Below, in pieces: positions 15,339 through 24,000 of a DNA stretch of 24,000 bases. Numbering within the stretch: the stretch's first letter is position 1; every line of letters starts with the position of its first letter. The notes under the pieces are model-generated. The model was not told the DNA's origin, did no database searches, and saw only the letters and a list, made by a program, of their open reading frames with translations. Where the stretch lies: sequence record MK962629.1; one strand, 5' to 3'. This DNA comes from Achromobacter phage vB_AxyP_19-32_Axy10. The translations under genes and the position numbers were made by a program.

Positions 15339-17882
15339 GTGAAAGTCACTCACGAAGAAGGTCATATCACCCACGCCGTCGTGGGTGGCTTGGACGCAAT
15401 TGAATGCGGTATCACTGGTGATGCCCACTTCATGCACATGCTGTCCGCATCGCTGTACAAGAATCCCACGATGGCCATGTGCCGTGAAGTCCTCTGCAAC
15501 GCATGGGACGCACACATAATGGTCAGCAAGACCGATCCCATCAAGATCACGGTTGATCGTGATGAACTGATCATCCAGGACTTCGGCCCCGGCATTCACC
15601 ACGACAAGATCGGCCCGATCTACGGGGTCTATGGGGCCAGTACCAAGAAGAACGATGGTCGCCAAACTGGCGGCTTCGGCTTGGGCTGCAAGTCTCCCTG
15701 GTCCTACACCGATACCTTCGAGGTGGTCTCCTGCCACGAAGGACAGAAGGCCATCTACCAGATGACCAAATCGGCGTCGGAACGCCAAGGCAAGCCCAGC
15801 ATCAAACCCATCGTGGTCGGTATCCCGACTACGGATACGGGTATCACGGTCACCATTCGCCTGAAGAATGGTGACTCCGGCGAGATCATGCGCTACGTCA
15901 AGCAGACGCTGTACTACGGCGGCATTCCCGCTGAGATCAATGGCAAGCTGTATCCGGTGCTCCCCTACCAGGAAGCGACGGATAACTGGATCCTTGCGAA
16001 CCAGTTGAACGGCGACAAGTACCCCATCATGGTTCGCTACGGCAACGTGGTCTATCCAATCAACGAACAGGATGAGTACCAGAACGAATACCGTGAAGTC
16101 AGTCGCTTTCTCAAGAGCCTGCCTCGAAACGAGAACGGCTATGCCCTGATCTTCTCGGCGGAGCCGGATAGCCTCACCCCGACTCCCAGCCGGGATGAAC
16201 TCACCATGATCGACATGACCGTCGAGACTCTGAAGAAGCTGCTCGCTGGCTTCGTGGACACGCTCAAGCGTGATGGTGACACGGTGGTCAAGGAACGTTC
16301 GGTGGAGCGGATCAAGGATCTGTTCCAGCAGAAGCCGCTTGCAATCTTGGAATGGGATGGTGAATCCGTTCCCCCCAAGCGTGCAGCGAATTCCTTCTTC
16401 GACAACACCAGCTACTACAGCAGTCTGAAGAAGCCGATCACCGACTTCGGTGATGTGGTGGACCTGTCCATCGACTCCCGCTATCCGGGCAAGTACATCG
16501 CTGGTTTCCGCAAGCTGGACCTGTCCACTCGCTGGGATCTGTGGAAGACGGTACCGGGGCTGGACAAGCGACTGGTGGAAAGCTTCGGCCGGCATCTGGC
16601 AATGGGCTATGGCGACAAGCCGACTCAAGCCCAGCTCCGTTGGTTTACGCGCAACGTCACCGGCTACATCGTCAAGAAGGCGATGAAGCAGGACTACGAA
16701 CTGAAGTTGGAAAACTTCTACTTCGTGGGCGGCGGCAATCGCACTCGTAGCTGGCACAAGTGGCCGACCTCTCTGGATCGTGTGATGTACAACGTCCACG
16801 AAGCGATGGCTACCCAGATGTGGGCGATGGCTCCGTACCTGAAGAACCGCATCGTGCTGACCCATGGAAAGAATGCCATCATGGATCGCATGTCACAGCA
16901 TCCGCAGTACAAGGATCTTCCCTACCAGGAACGAACCGGATGGCTGCTGTACGTGGTTCCCCGCTCACCGAAGCGGGCTTCTGAAGCACTGGCCTTCTTC
17001 CAAGGTCTGGGCATGGATGTCATTGACATGATGCCTATCCATGCCTGGGAGGACGATGAGTTCAAGCCCAAGAAGCGTGAGAAGCCCTTGGTTCCCGTCG
17101 TCAAAAAGCCCAAGAAGACCGGCTACATCTGCCTGTCTGCTTCGTTGAAGGATGGTGTGTACAACCCCTACGAATATGCTCGTGACAACGAAGACGCTGA
17201 ACGAATCGAACAGCCTCTGTTCTATGTCACGCTCAAGCCGAAGGGACGCCATGGCTATGACATGAGCCTCAACTCTCTGTCTGACCGTGAATCCAGGAAT
17301 GCGGTTGAACTGTACGGTAAGTACGGTGCAATCATTCAACTGGAAAAAGCCATCACCGAAGCAACGAAGAATGGTGCAGTGGTCATGGAAGAATGGGTTC
17401 CTCAGCGAGTCCTGCAAGAAATGACCACCAACAAGCGGATTCGCCAATACTTTGCGATCTCTGCGAAGGCAGCTTCCAAGTTGCCGGACTGGACCAGCGA
17501 ACTTGGTTCTGTAGTTAGCTTGATCGCTAACGATCCGGTGTTGCAGACCAAGTATGGGATTGTCAATCCCATGACTCCGCGAGACAAGGTGCTGTTGAAT
17601 CTGTTCGCATCCATGGTTGGACAGATGCATCATTACTATGGCCGCTTCCACGGTGTACCGGAAGCAATTCGTACAGGGTTCCGTAAGATGGAAGCCACCC
17701 TGGACGAGATCAAACCCGCACCGGAGGTTGTTTCTTTGGTGCAGATGGCCAAGGACAACACGATTCTGTCGTGCTTGAGCATCAGCAAGATCAATCAGAT
17801 CCTGCATAGCATCAAACCCGAGGACATTCTTCTCCACGAAAGTGTCCGCAATTTGTTCATCAACGCCCTTGAGGGCAAGTGA
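15339..17882 (+). CDS. rIIA-like protein (GHKL-type ATPase N-terminus)
   Basis: GTG start with upstream AAGGAG; REVLCNAWDAHI (N box-like), IIQDFGPGI, GGFGLGCKSPWSYTDTFEV. Confidence 0.85.
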   Translation: MKVTHEEGHITHAVVGGLDAIECGITGDAHFMHMLSASLYKNPTMAMCREVLCNAWDAHIMVSKTDPIKITVDRDELIIQDFGPGIHHDKIGPIYGVYGASTKKNDGRQTGGFGLGCKSPWSYTDTFEVVSCHEGQKAIYQMTKSASERQGKPSIKPIVVGIPTTDTGITVTIRLKNGDSGEIMRYVKQTLYYGGIPAEINGKLYPVLPYQEATDNWILANQLNGDKYPIMVRYGNVVYPINEQDEYQNEYREVSRFLKSLPRNENGYALIFSAEPDSLTPTPSRDELTMIDMTVETLKKLLAGFVDTLKRDGDTVVKERSVERIKDLFQQKPLAILEWDGESVPPKRAANSFFDNTSYYSSLKKPITDFGDVVDLSIDSRYPGKYIAGFRKLDLSTRWDLWKTVPGLDKRLVESFGRHLAMGYGDKPTQAQLRWFTRNVTGYIVKKAMKQDYELKLENFYFVGGGNRTRSWHKWPTSLDRVMYNVHEAMATQMWAMAPYLKNRIVLTHGKNAIMDRMSQHPQYKDLPYQERTGWLLYVVPRSPKRASEALAFFQGLGMDVIDMMPIHAWEDDEFKPKKREKPLVPVVKKPKKTGYICLSASLKDGVYNPYEYARDNEDAERIEQPLFYVTLKPKGRHGYDMSLNSLSDRESRNAVELYGKYGAIIQLEKAITEATKNGAVVMEEWVPQRVLQEMTTNKRIRQYFAISAKAASKLPDWTSELGSVVSLIANDPVLQTKYGIVNPMTPRDKVLLNLFASMVGQMHHYYGRFHGVPEAIRTGFRKMEATLDEIKPAPEVVSLVQMAKDNTILSCLSISKINQILHSIKPEDILLHESVRNLFINALEGK

Positions 17883-17893
17883 GGATTTATCCC

Positions 17894-19534
17894 ATGCAAA
17901 CCAAGATGAAGGTCAAGGCATTCGTGGTGACGACCAGCGAACTGACGCTGTACTCGGACCTCGGTGTGCCGTATCACATTCGCCAAGGTGATCCCCGTGT
18001 GGCACGCATCGTCGAAGAAATCCAGGGACCGATCTCCCTGGGTCAAGTCGTCGAAGTCGTGGTGGACGGTGAAGACACCCCGGTGGTGGAACCGGCCGAT
18101 ACCCGCAACTACTTCGCTGAAGCCGAACAGCAGTCCAACGGCGTGGTCCGCTTCTTCCGCGCCAGCCGTCGCCTGATCCGTGAACTCTTCTCCAAGAAAA
18201 CGGAACCGGTCCAGGAACCGGAAACCGCCAAGTTCGTCAATCCGACGAGCGGTGGTGTCATCCCCGGTTCCCAGGAACCGGAAAAAGCGAAGACGCCGGA
18301 AGCCTGCCCGGTGACCCAAGCCAACGCCATCTCCGAAATCATGGCCAATGCCGTGCCTTCCACTGCACCCGACTTCAAGGTGCCGGAAGGCGTGGAAGCG
18401 GACCAAGATACCGGCGATACCGTGGTGGCCGTGGTCAACGGTACGGTGATCCCGGATGCTCACGAACTGGCTCCCCAGATCAAGCACGCCGTGATCTCGA
18501 ACAGCACCCTGGGTATCCAGAACCTCATGGCTCGCCTGTCGGCCGTGGCCCGCAAGCGTGGTCACTCCGTCGAAGACCTCATGAAGTTCATGAAGCTGGG
18601 TGACCTGCCGGTGACGGACAAGGGCGACATCGTGGCCTACAAGGCACTGCGTCGTCGTCAACTGCCCGGCTACGACAACCGCTTCAAGTTCGTGGACATC
18701 CACTCCGGCAACGTTCCCCAACGTGTCGGCTCCTTCGTCCACATGGACGAGAAGCTGGTGGATCCCGACCGTCGGCAGGACTGCTCGAATGGCCTGCACA
18801 TCGCCAGCCGCTCCTACCTGGGATCGTTCCGTGGCGACGTGTGCGTCATGGTTCTGATCCGTCCGGAAGACGTGATCGCGGTGCCGGAGTACAGCGTCAA
18901 CAAGATGCGTGTCTGCGGCTACCACATCATCGCTGAACTGACCCAATCCCAGTACAACAAGGTGCTGAACAATCAGCCCCTTACGGACGAGGAAAGCGGC
19001 GAACTGCTGCTGGGTCGCATCATGTCCGGTCACCACATCAACGTGACCAACAAGGTGCAGATCGGCGGTCATCGTGGAACCAAGATCACGATCACCGAGA
19101 TCGACAAGGCCGACCAGACGGATCTGTCCCCGGAAGTCCAGGTGGCACCACCTTCGGTCGAAACGGCCCAGGTCACCGAGGCTCCGGCCAAGACGGAAAC
19201 GGAAAAGCCCCAGGAAGCCGCCAAAACGGCCCCCAAGGCTCCGAAACGTCGAGTCAAGGCCATCGACACCAAGGATCCGAAAAAGCCCGCCAGCAAGGCC
19301 GCAAAGCCCGCTGGCAAGGTGGTCTCGGCCAAGGATGTTCTGACCAAGGTCAAGCTGACCCAAGCCGAAGAAGCCCAGAAGCTCTTCAAGGAGTACGCCA
19401 ACGCCAAGACCAAGTCGGCTGAAATCGCCGCTGCCAAGGCGCTGCTGAACTTCAAGAAGCAAGCCAAGAAGGGCTGGGCGGTCCTGGGCCTGCCGGATGA
19501 CACCGGCACGGAACTGACCAAGGTCATTTCCTGA
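17894..19534 (+). CDS. rIIB-like protein
   Basis: Follows rIIA-like gene; VAYKALRRRQLPGY...GNVPQRVGSFVHMDEKLVDPDRRQDCSNGLHIASRSYLGSF...VMVLIRPEDVIAVP rIIB-type region. ATG 17894 in track ORF 17879-19534. Confidence 0.8.
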   Translation: MQTKMKVKAFVVTTSELTLYSDLGVPYHIRQGDPRVARIVEEIQGPISLGQVVEVVVDGEDTPVVEPADTRNYFAEAEQQSNGVVRFFRASRRLIRELFSKKTEPVQEPETAKFVNPTSGGVIPGSQEPEKAKTPEACPVTQANAISEIMANAVPSTAPDFKVPEGVEADQDTGDTVVAVVNGTVIPDAHELAPQIKHAVISNSTLGIQNLMARLSAVARKRGHSVEDLMKFMKLGDLPVTDKGDIVAYKALRRRQLPGYDNRFKFVDIHSGNVPQRVGSFVHMDEKLVDPDRRQDCSNGLHIASRSYLGSFRGDVCVMVLIRPEDVIAVPEYSVNKMRVCGYHIIAELTQSQYNKVLNNQPLTDEESGELLLGRIMSGHHINVTNKVQIGGHRGTKITITEIDKADQTDLSPEVQVAPPSVETAQVTEAPAKTETEKPQEAAKTAPKAPKRRVKAIDTKDPKKPASKAAKPAGKVVSAKDVLTKVKLTQAEEAQKLFKEYANAKTKSAEIAAAKALLNFKKQAKKGWAVLGLPDDTGTELTKVIS

Positions 19535-19550
19535 TGGTCTGATCCCTCCT

Positions 19551-19585
19551 GATACCTCTAGTGATATAAACTAGAGGTATCTTTT
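19551..19585 (+). terminator. Perfect 11-bp palindrome with T tract; terminator and/or operator
   Basis: GATACCTCTAG-TGATATAAA-CTAGAGGTATC-TTTT. Confidence 0.75.
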
Positions 19586-19597
19586 ATGGAGAAGATC

Positions 19598-20125
19598 ATG
19601 GCCAAAGTCTACCGGGTCAACCGGAAAGCCAAGGACGAGGACATCCTCCGCATGAACTATGTGGGGATGTCCTTGGGCACCATTGCCCGAACTCTCGGTG
19701 TTCATCCGACCACCGTAACCCTGCGACTTCAGAATCTGAACGTGGAACCTGCCGACACCCGTCGGACTTTCATGGAACACGTCCTGAAGCCGCTCCCTGT
19801 GCATATCGCTGACTGGCTGGCTGATCAACTCGGCCCGACCTACCAGATTCGCCAGTACGTGCGTGATCTGATCCAGGAAGCCTATGACAAACGTTTCGAG
19901 AAGATAGGAACTGCTCATGAGCGACATCTTGAAAAATACGGTGGCGTGGTTCCACGCAGCCACCCCCAACCCGACGCAGCAGAACATCAGCACGCAGATG
20001 GGTTGTCACTTCGAGGAAGTGAAGGAAATGGTGGACTGCCTGACGCCGCGAACCAAGGAAGCCCAGGTGATCCTGCAACAAGCGCAGGCAGCACTGGACA
20101 ACCTGGCGGGGCTGATGAAGCGTGA
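19598..20125 (+). CDS. Small HTH-containing protein; 3' end uncertain
   Basis: MSLGTIARTLGVHPTTVTLRLQNLNV HTH-like; ATG 19598 preceded by GGAGAAG. The region after about 19917 overlaps a convincing ORF in another frame. Confidence 0.55.
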   Translation: MAKVYRVNRKAKDEDILRMNYVGMSLGTIARTLGVHPTTVTLRLQNLNVEPADTRRTFMEHVLKPLPVHIADWLADQLGPTYQIRQYVRDLIQEAYDKRFEKIGTAHERHLEKYGGVVPRSHPQPDAAEHQHADGLSLRGSEGNGGLPDAANQGSPGDPATSAGSTGQPGGADEA

Positions 20126-20375
20126 TGCCACGGCCATCGGCCTGCACCCTTCGGACTACGTGGATTTCGTGGACAGCCTGGGCGATCAGATCGTTACGGC
20201 GACTGGCTCCGGAACTTATTTGGGGATGGATGTCCCCGGAGCCTTGGACGAGATCAACAAGTCCAATCACTCCAAGTTCGTCGATGGCAAACCGGTCCGT
20301 GATCCGGACAGCCAGAAGATCCTGAAAGGGCCGGACTACTTCAAGGCCAACCTGAAGCCGTTCGTTCCGAAATAA
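19917..20375 (+). CDS. MazG-like / nucleotide pyrophosphohydrolase-family protein
   Basis: VAWFHAATPNPTQQNISTQMGCHFEEVKEMVDCL...VDFVDSLGDQIVTATGSG: EExxE-like acidic motif and downstream DxxxD. Confidence 0.65.
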   Translation: MSDILKNTVAWFHAATPNPTQQNISTQMGCHFEEVKEMVDCLTPRTKEAQVILQQAQAALDNLAGLMKRDATAIGLHPSDYVDFVDSLGDQIVTATGSGTYLGMDVPGALDEINKSNHSKFVDGKPVRDPDSQKILKGPDYFKANLKPFVPK

Positions 20376-20391
20376 GAAACCCCAGTACATA

Positions 20392-20411
20392 AACCGCCTT
20401 CGGGCGGTTTT
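20392..20411 (+). terminator. Rho-independent terminator
   Basis: AACCGCC TTCG GGCGGTT TT. Confidence 0.75.
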
Positions 20412-20431
20412 GTCGTCTCCAGAGGGCCAAC

Positions 20432-21760
20432 ATGGAACAAACTACCCCTGCTATGCCGCTGAATGCAGATCAACTCGCGGCGGCCGAAGGCTTCTTTGAA
20501 AGTCTCTTTCGGCCTGAAGAAAAGGAGATCAACATCACCGGACCCGGTGGGGTTGGTAAGACCTTCACGATGGCTTACATGATCGACTTCATCATGCCCC
20601 GCTATTTCCAGACGTGCGAACTGATGGGAATCAAGCCGGAGTACGACGAAGTTGTCATGACGGCAACCACCAACAAGGCAGCAGAAGTGCTGGCTGCGGC
20701 TACTGGCCGTGAAACGGTCACGATCCATTCCCACTTGGGTCTGACCATCAAGAACAACTTCAAGACAGGTGAAGTGGACCTGATCAAAGGTCGTAGCTGG
20801 AAGGTGCATGAACGCCAAATCGTCTTCATCGACGAAGGCTCCATGATCGACTATAAGCTGCGGACTCTGATCAACGAAGGTCTGCTGAACTGCAAGATCG
20901 TGTACGTCAGCGATCATTGTCAGTTGCCCCCGGTGATGGAAGAGATTTCTCCCATCTATACCCAGGGCTTCCCTCGATATCACCTGTCCATTCCGATGCG
21001 TACCAACGTACCGGAACTGCTGGAACTGAACGCCCACTTCCGCGACATCGTGGAAGGCAACAAGGACTGGGGTGACATCAAGGTCACTCCCGGAATCGTG
21101 GATTACATCCCCGGTGGTCCTCAAGGTGGCCAGGAAATCCAGAAGCTGATCCGCGAATACTTCGTGAATCGTGCCGGTGAAGCTCGCATGTTGGCGTATA
21201 CCAATCGCCGTGTGCTGGACTACAACACGTTCATCCGTAGTGAACGTGGCATTCATGGTGAGTTCGCGGAAGGTGAAGAGTTGGTTTCCAACTCGGCAGT
21301 CCAACTGAGCACTACTCAGCGACTGTCCATCGAACAAGAAGTCACCATCAAGGAGCGTGGCAACATCATTCATCAGATCCCCATCGAAGGTGATGTGTAT
21401 CTGGAATGCCGTAGCTGCACTCTGGATCTGGGCTACGGTGGCACCATAGAACACATCATGGTTCCTTGCGACTATGATCACTTCCACGCCTTGGTCAAGC
21501 ACTACGCACAGACCAAGAACTGGCAGATGCACTTCGCCTTGAAGGAGAAGTACCCGGACTTGCGATCCAAGGATGCAAGCACGGTGCATAAGAGCCAAGG
21601 AAGCTCATTCGATGTGGCCTTCCTGGATCTGACGGATCTGTCCACCTGCCGCAATCCCAAGGTCGCTGCTCGTATGTTCTACGTTGCTGTGTCTCGTGCT
21701 CGCAAGCGCGTGATCATGTACGGAGAACTGGCGGAGAAGTACGGCCGCATTGTTGTCTAA
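20432..21760 (+). CDS. SF1 DNA helicase (Dda/RecD-like)
   Basis: ITGPGGVGKTFTMAYMI (Walker A), QIVFIDEGSMIDY, TVHKSQGSSFDVAFLDL, FYVAVSRARKRVIMYG. Confidence 0.92.
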   Translation: MEQTTPAMPLNADQLAAAEGFFESLFRPEEKEINITGPGGVGKTFTMAYMIDFIMPRYFQTCELMGIKPEYDEVVMTATTNKAAEVLAAATGRETVTIHSHLGLTIKNNFKTGEVDLIKGRSWKVHERQIVFIDEGSMIDYKLRTLINEGLLNCKIVYVSDHCQLPPVMEEISPIYTQGFPRYHLSIPMRTNVPELLELNAHFRDIVEGNKDWGDIKVTPGIVDYIPGGPQGGQEIQKLIREYFVNRAGEARMLAYTNRRVLDYNTFIRSERGIHGEFAEGEELVSNSAVQLSTTQRLSIEQEVTIKERGNIIHQIPIEGDVYLECRSCTLDLGYGGTIEHIMVPCDYDHFHALVKHYAQTKNWQMHFALKEKYPDLRSKDASTVHKSQGSSFDVAFLDLTDLSTCRNPKVAARMFYVAVSRARKRVIMYGELAEKYGRIVV

Positions 21761-21770
21761 GGAGGCTGCT

Positions 21771-22292
21771 ATGCAGTTGACGGAAGCATCCCTAGTAGCC
21801 AAAACCAACAGTTGTGCGTTGGTGAAGGAACTGTTCAAAGCCGAGTTGCGTCGGCTGGATGGACTGTTGGAGGAAATCGCTTTGGCGAATGACCGCATCA
21901 AGGGCATTCCTTTCACTGCGGGTTTCCTCTTCAATGGTGAATTCTACAAACGCAACACGGCCAGGAACACTCCGGGCCGTGGAGAGAAAGTAGATCTGGA
22001 TTACTCGTTGACCGACCAGATGCTGTCCTTCTGCAAGGAAACGGCTCTGCTGCTCAATGACATCCAGATGATCAACCAGATGGTTTTTCGGTTGGTCAAA
22101 GGCTGTGAAACGAACCAAGATGTGCGTGATGCTCTGCCTGAATGCCTTGCTGGATTCAGCGAAGCAATGCGTGCATTACCCAGAACCAGGGAAGCTGGAT
22201 ACACCCTGGAAGGCGATGAGCGTGCTCAACGTCAGTATGCAAAGATTCTGCCCCGAATGGAGTTCTATTCCGTGATGGGCTTGATCTACTAG
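21771..22292 (+). CDS. Hypothetical protein
   Basis: ATG 21771 preceded by AAGGAGG; in frame with track ORF 21750-22292. Confidence 0.75.
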   Translation: MQLTEASLVAKTNSCALVKELFKAELRRLDGLLEEIALANDRIKGIPFTAGFLFNGEFYKRNTARNTPGRGEKVDLDYSLTDQMLSFCKETALLLNDIQMINQMVFRLVKGCETNQDVRDALPECLAGFSEAMRALPRTREAGYTLEGDERAQRQYAKILPRMEFYSVMGLIY

Positions 22293-22302
22293 GAGAGGTG
22301 CT

Positions 22303-24000
22303 ATGCACTTTGCTACCTATGGGAGCAATCCCACAGGGGCTTATAAGATCGCTATCCTCGTCTCAACTATCCGCAAGGATGAAATCAAGTCGGCCTACAT
22401 GGACCGATTTGGTATCAAGGACGAGGATGTGATTGTGATGGATCTCCATCAGGCTCCTGGAAAAAAGAAGACTCCTGTGAAGGAGATCAAGGAATACATT
22501 CAGGAAGAGGTGTACCCACGTCTGCTGGACTATCAAATCCAGTACGTGGTGTGTGCTGATCCTGAATATTTCAAGGTGCTATCCGGCTTACCGAAAGCGG
22601 ACGTGAATCTCGGCTATGTGGTGGACTCCATCATCGATGGTGTGAAAGTTCTCTACGTGCCGAACTATCGTTCGATCTTCTATGACCCGCCCAAGGTCAA
22701 AGCCAAGATTGCACTCGGGATGGACGCTCTCGTTGCTGCCATGAGCAACACGTACATCCCCCCTGGTTCCAACATCATCAAGTTTGCGGAGTATCCGCGA
22801 ACGACTGATGAGATCAAACAGTGGTTGCTGAAGTTGTTGGCGATGAAGAAGCCTCTGGCTATCGACATCGAAGCATTCGATCTGAAGCACCACAAAGCAG
22901 GAATCGGCACGATCACTTTCTGTTGGTCCAAGAGTGAAGGCATTGCTTTCCCCGTGGACTATCAGGAAATTCCTGGGGCTACCTCTGCTCCTTATGGAAA
23001 GAACGTGCGCAACGAAGATGTGCGGAACATGCTTCGGGAGTTCTTCGAGCACTACATGGAAACTGCGCTGTATCACAATGCAGCGTATGACGTGTATGTG
23101 CTCATTTATCAGCTATTCATGGCTGACATATTGGACACCGAAGGGTTGCTCAAGGGGATGGAGATCCTCATGAGGAACTATCACTGCACCAAGCTCATCA
23201 CTTATCTGGCAACGAACAGTTGTGCAGGAAATAAGCTGGGCTTGAAAGAGCAAGCACAGGAGTATGCAGGCAACTATGCGGTGGAAGAGATCAAGGACAT
23301 CACCTTGGTTCCGCTGCCCAAGCTGCTTGAGTACAACTTGGTGGACGGTCTGTCCACTTGGTACACCTTCGAGAAGCGTTATCCCCAGATGATTGCTGAT
23401 CAACAGGAGGAAGTGTACGAAGGCTTGTTCAAGGATGCGAATCTGGACATTGTTCAGATGCAGTTGACGGGCATGCCCATCAACCAGAAGAGGGTGGCAG
23501 AGGTCAAGGCGATCATGCAGAAGGACCACGATGTGGCCATGAGCACGATCCTCAACAACCAAGCAGTGATTTCATTCACTGACGTGCTGAACCAGAAATG
23601 GGTAACAGCAAAGAATGCCAAGCTGAAGGTGAAGCGAGTATCTCTGGCCGACGCCAAAGAGGTCTTCAATCCCAACAGCAATCCTCAGCTTCAATCGTTG
23701 CTTTTCGAGTTCCTGAAGCTGCCGGTGCTGGGACTCACCGATAGCAAACAACCATCCACTGATGGCGACACCATCAAGAACTTGCGGAACCATACCAAGG
23801 ATCCCGTGATTCATGAACTGCTCAATGCACTCATGGACTACAACGCAGTGAACAAGATCCTCACAAGCTTCATTCCAGCAATGGAAGAGGCTGCATTGGG
23901 TCCGGATGGTTGGCACTACCTCTTCGGCAATTTCGTGCTGGGTGGCACGGTATCTGGGCGTCTGTCCAGTAACTCCCCGAACCTTCAGAATCTGCCCGCC
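22303..24000 (+). CDS. Family A DNA polymerase with 3'-5' exonuclease, 3' truncated by window end
   Basis: Manually translated; open for 566 codons from ATG 22303. Exo motifs LAIDIEAFD, YHNAAYDVYVL, YNLVDGLSTWYTF; GTVSGRLSSNSPNLQNLPA upstream of Pol motif A. Confidence 0.92.
   Translation, partial: MHFATYGSNPTGAYKIAILVSTIRKDEIKSAYMDRFGIKDEDVIVMDLHQAPGKKKTPVKEIKEYIQEEVYPRLLDYQIQYVVCADPEYFKVLSGLPKADVNLGYVVDSIIDGVKVLYVPNYRSIFYDPPKVKAKIALGMDALVAAMSNTYIPPGSNIIKFAEYPRTTDEIKQWLLKLLAMKKPLAIDIEAFDLKHHKAGIGTITFCWSKSEGIAFPVDYQEIPGATSAPYGKNVRNEDVRNMLREFFEHYMETALYHNAAYDVYVLIYQLFMADILDTEGLLKGMEILMRNYHCTKLITYLATNSCAGNKLGLKEQAQEYAGNYAVEEIKDITLVPLPKLLEYNLVDGLSTWYTFEKRYPQMIADQQEEVYEGLFKDANLDIVQMQLTGMPINQKRVAEVKAIMQKDHDVAMSTILNNQAVISFTDVLNQKWVTAKNAKLKVKRVSLADAKEVFNPNSNPQLQSLLFEFLKLPVLGLTDSKQPSTDGDTIKNLRNHTKDPVIHELLNALMDYNAVNKILTSFIPAMEEAALGPDGWHYLFGNFVLGGTVSGRLSSNSPNLQNLPA

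Noticed and set aside
14295-16865. 856-aa minus-strand ORF
   Set aside because: Lies opposite thyX and the rIIA-like gene; a typical antisense shadow ORF from GC-biased codons.
1-24000. CRISPR arrays, transposons or integrase genes
   Set aside because: No regularly spaced direct repeats, transposase/integrase motifs or terminal inverted repeats were seen.

Overview
The window looks like the early/middle region of a lytic N4-like podovirus (Schitoviridae-type) genome; this is inferred from gene content and order. All supported protein genes are on the + strand. In order they are: two pieces of a split T7-type RNA polymerase, two proteins sharing an N-terminal module (one with Ig-like/BIG2 repeats), an HNH endonuclease, a MoxR-like AAA+ ATPase, a VWA/metallopeptidase-like protein, a dCTP deaminase, a thioredoxin, ThyX, rIIA-like, rIIB-like, an HTH protein, a MazG-like protein, a Dda/RecD-like helicase, and a family-A DNA polymerase that runs off the window. 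The most unusual part is about 1.3 kb without a credible ORF (about 11545-12846) between two strong hairpins. It contains at least a dozen well-formed helices (UUCG and GNRA caps, a contiguous H-type pseudoknot candidate) followed by a run of tRNA-like modules. These modules have canonical D/T arms or shared motifs but abnormal anticodon arms. I propose it as a large structured ncRNA plus an atypical tRNA-like array. The genomic context resembles GOLLD/ROOL RNAs, but family membership is untested. All homology calls are by eye from motifs; no search was run.
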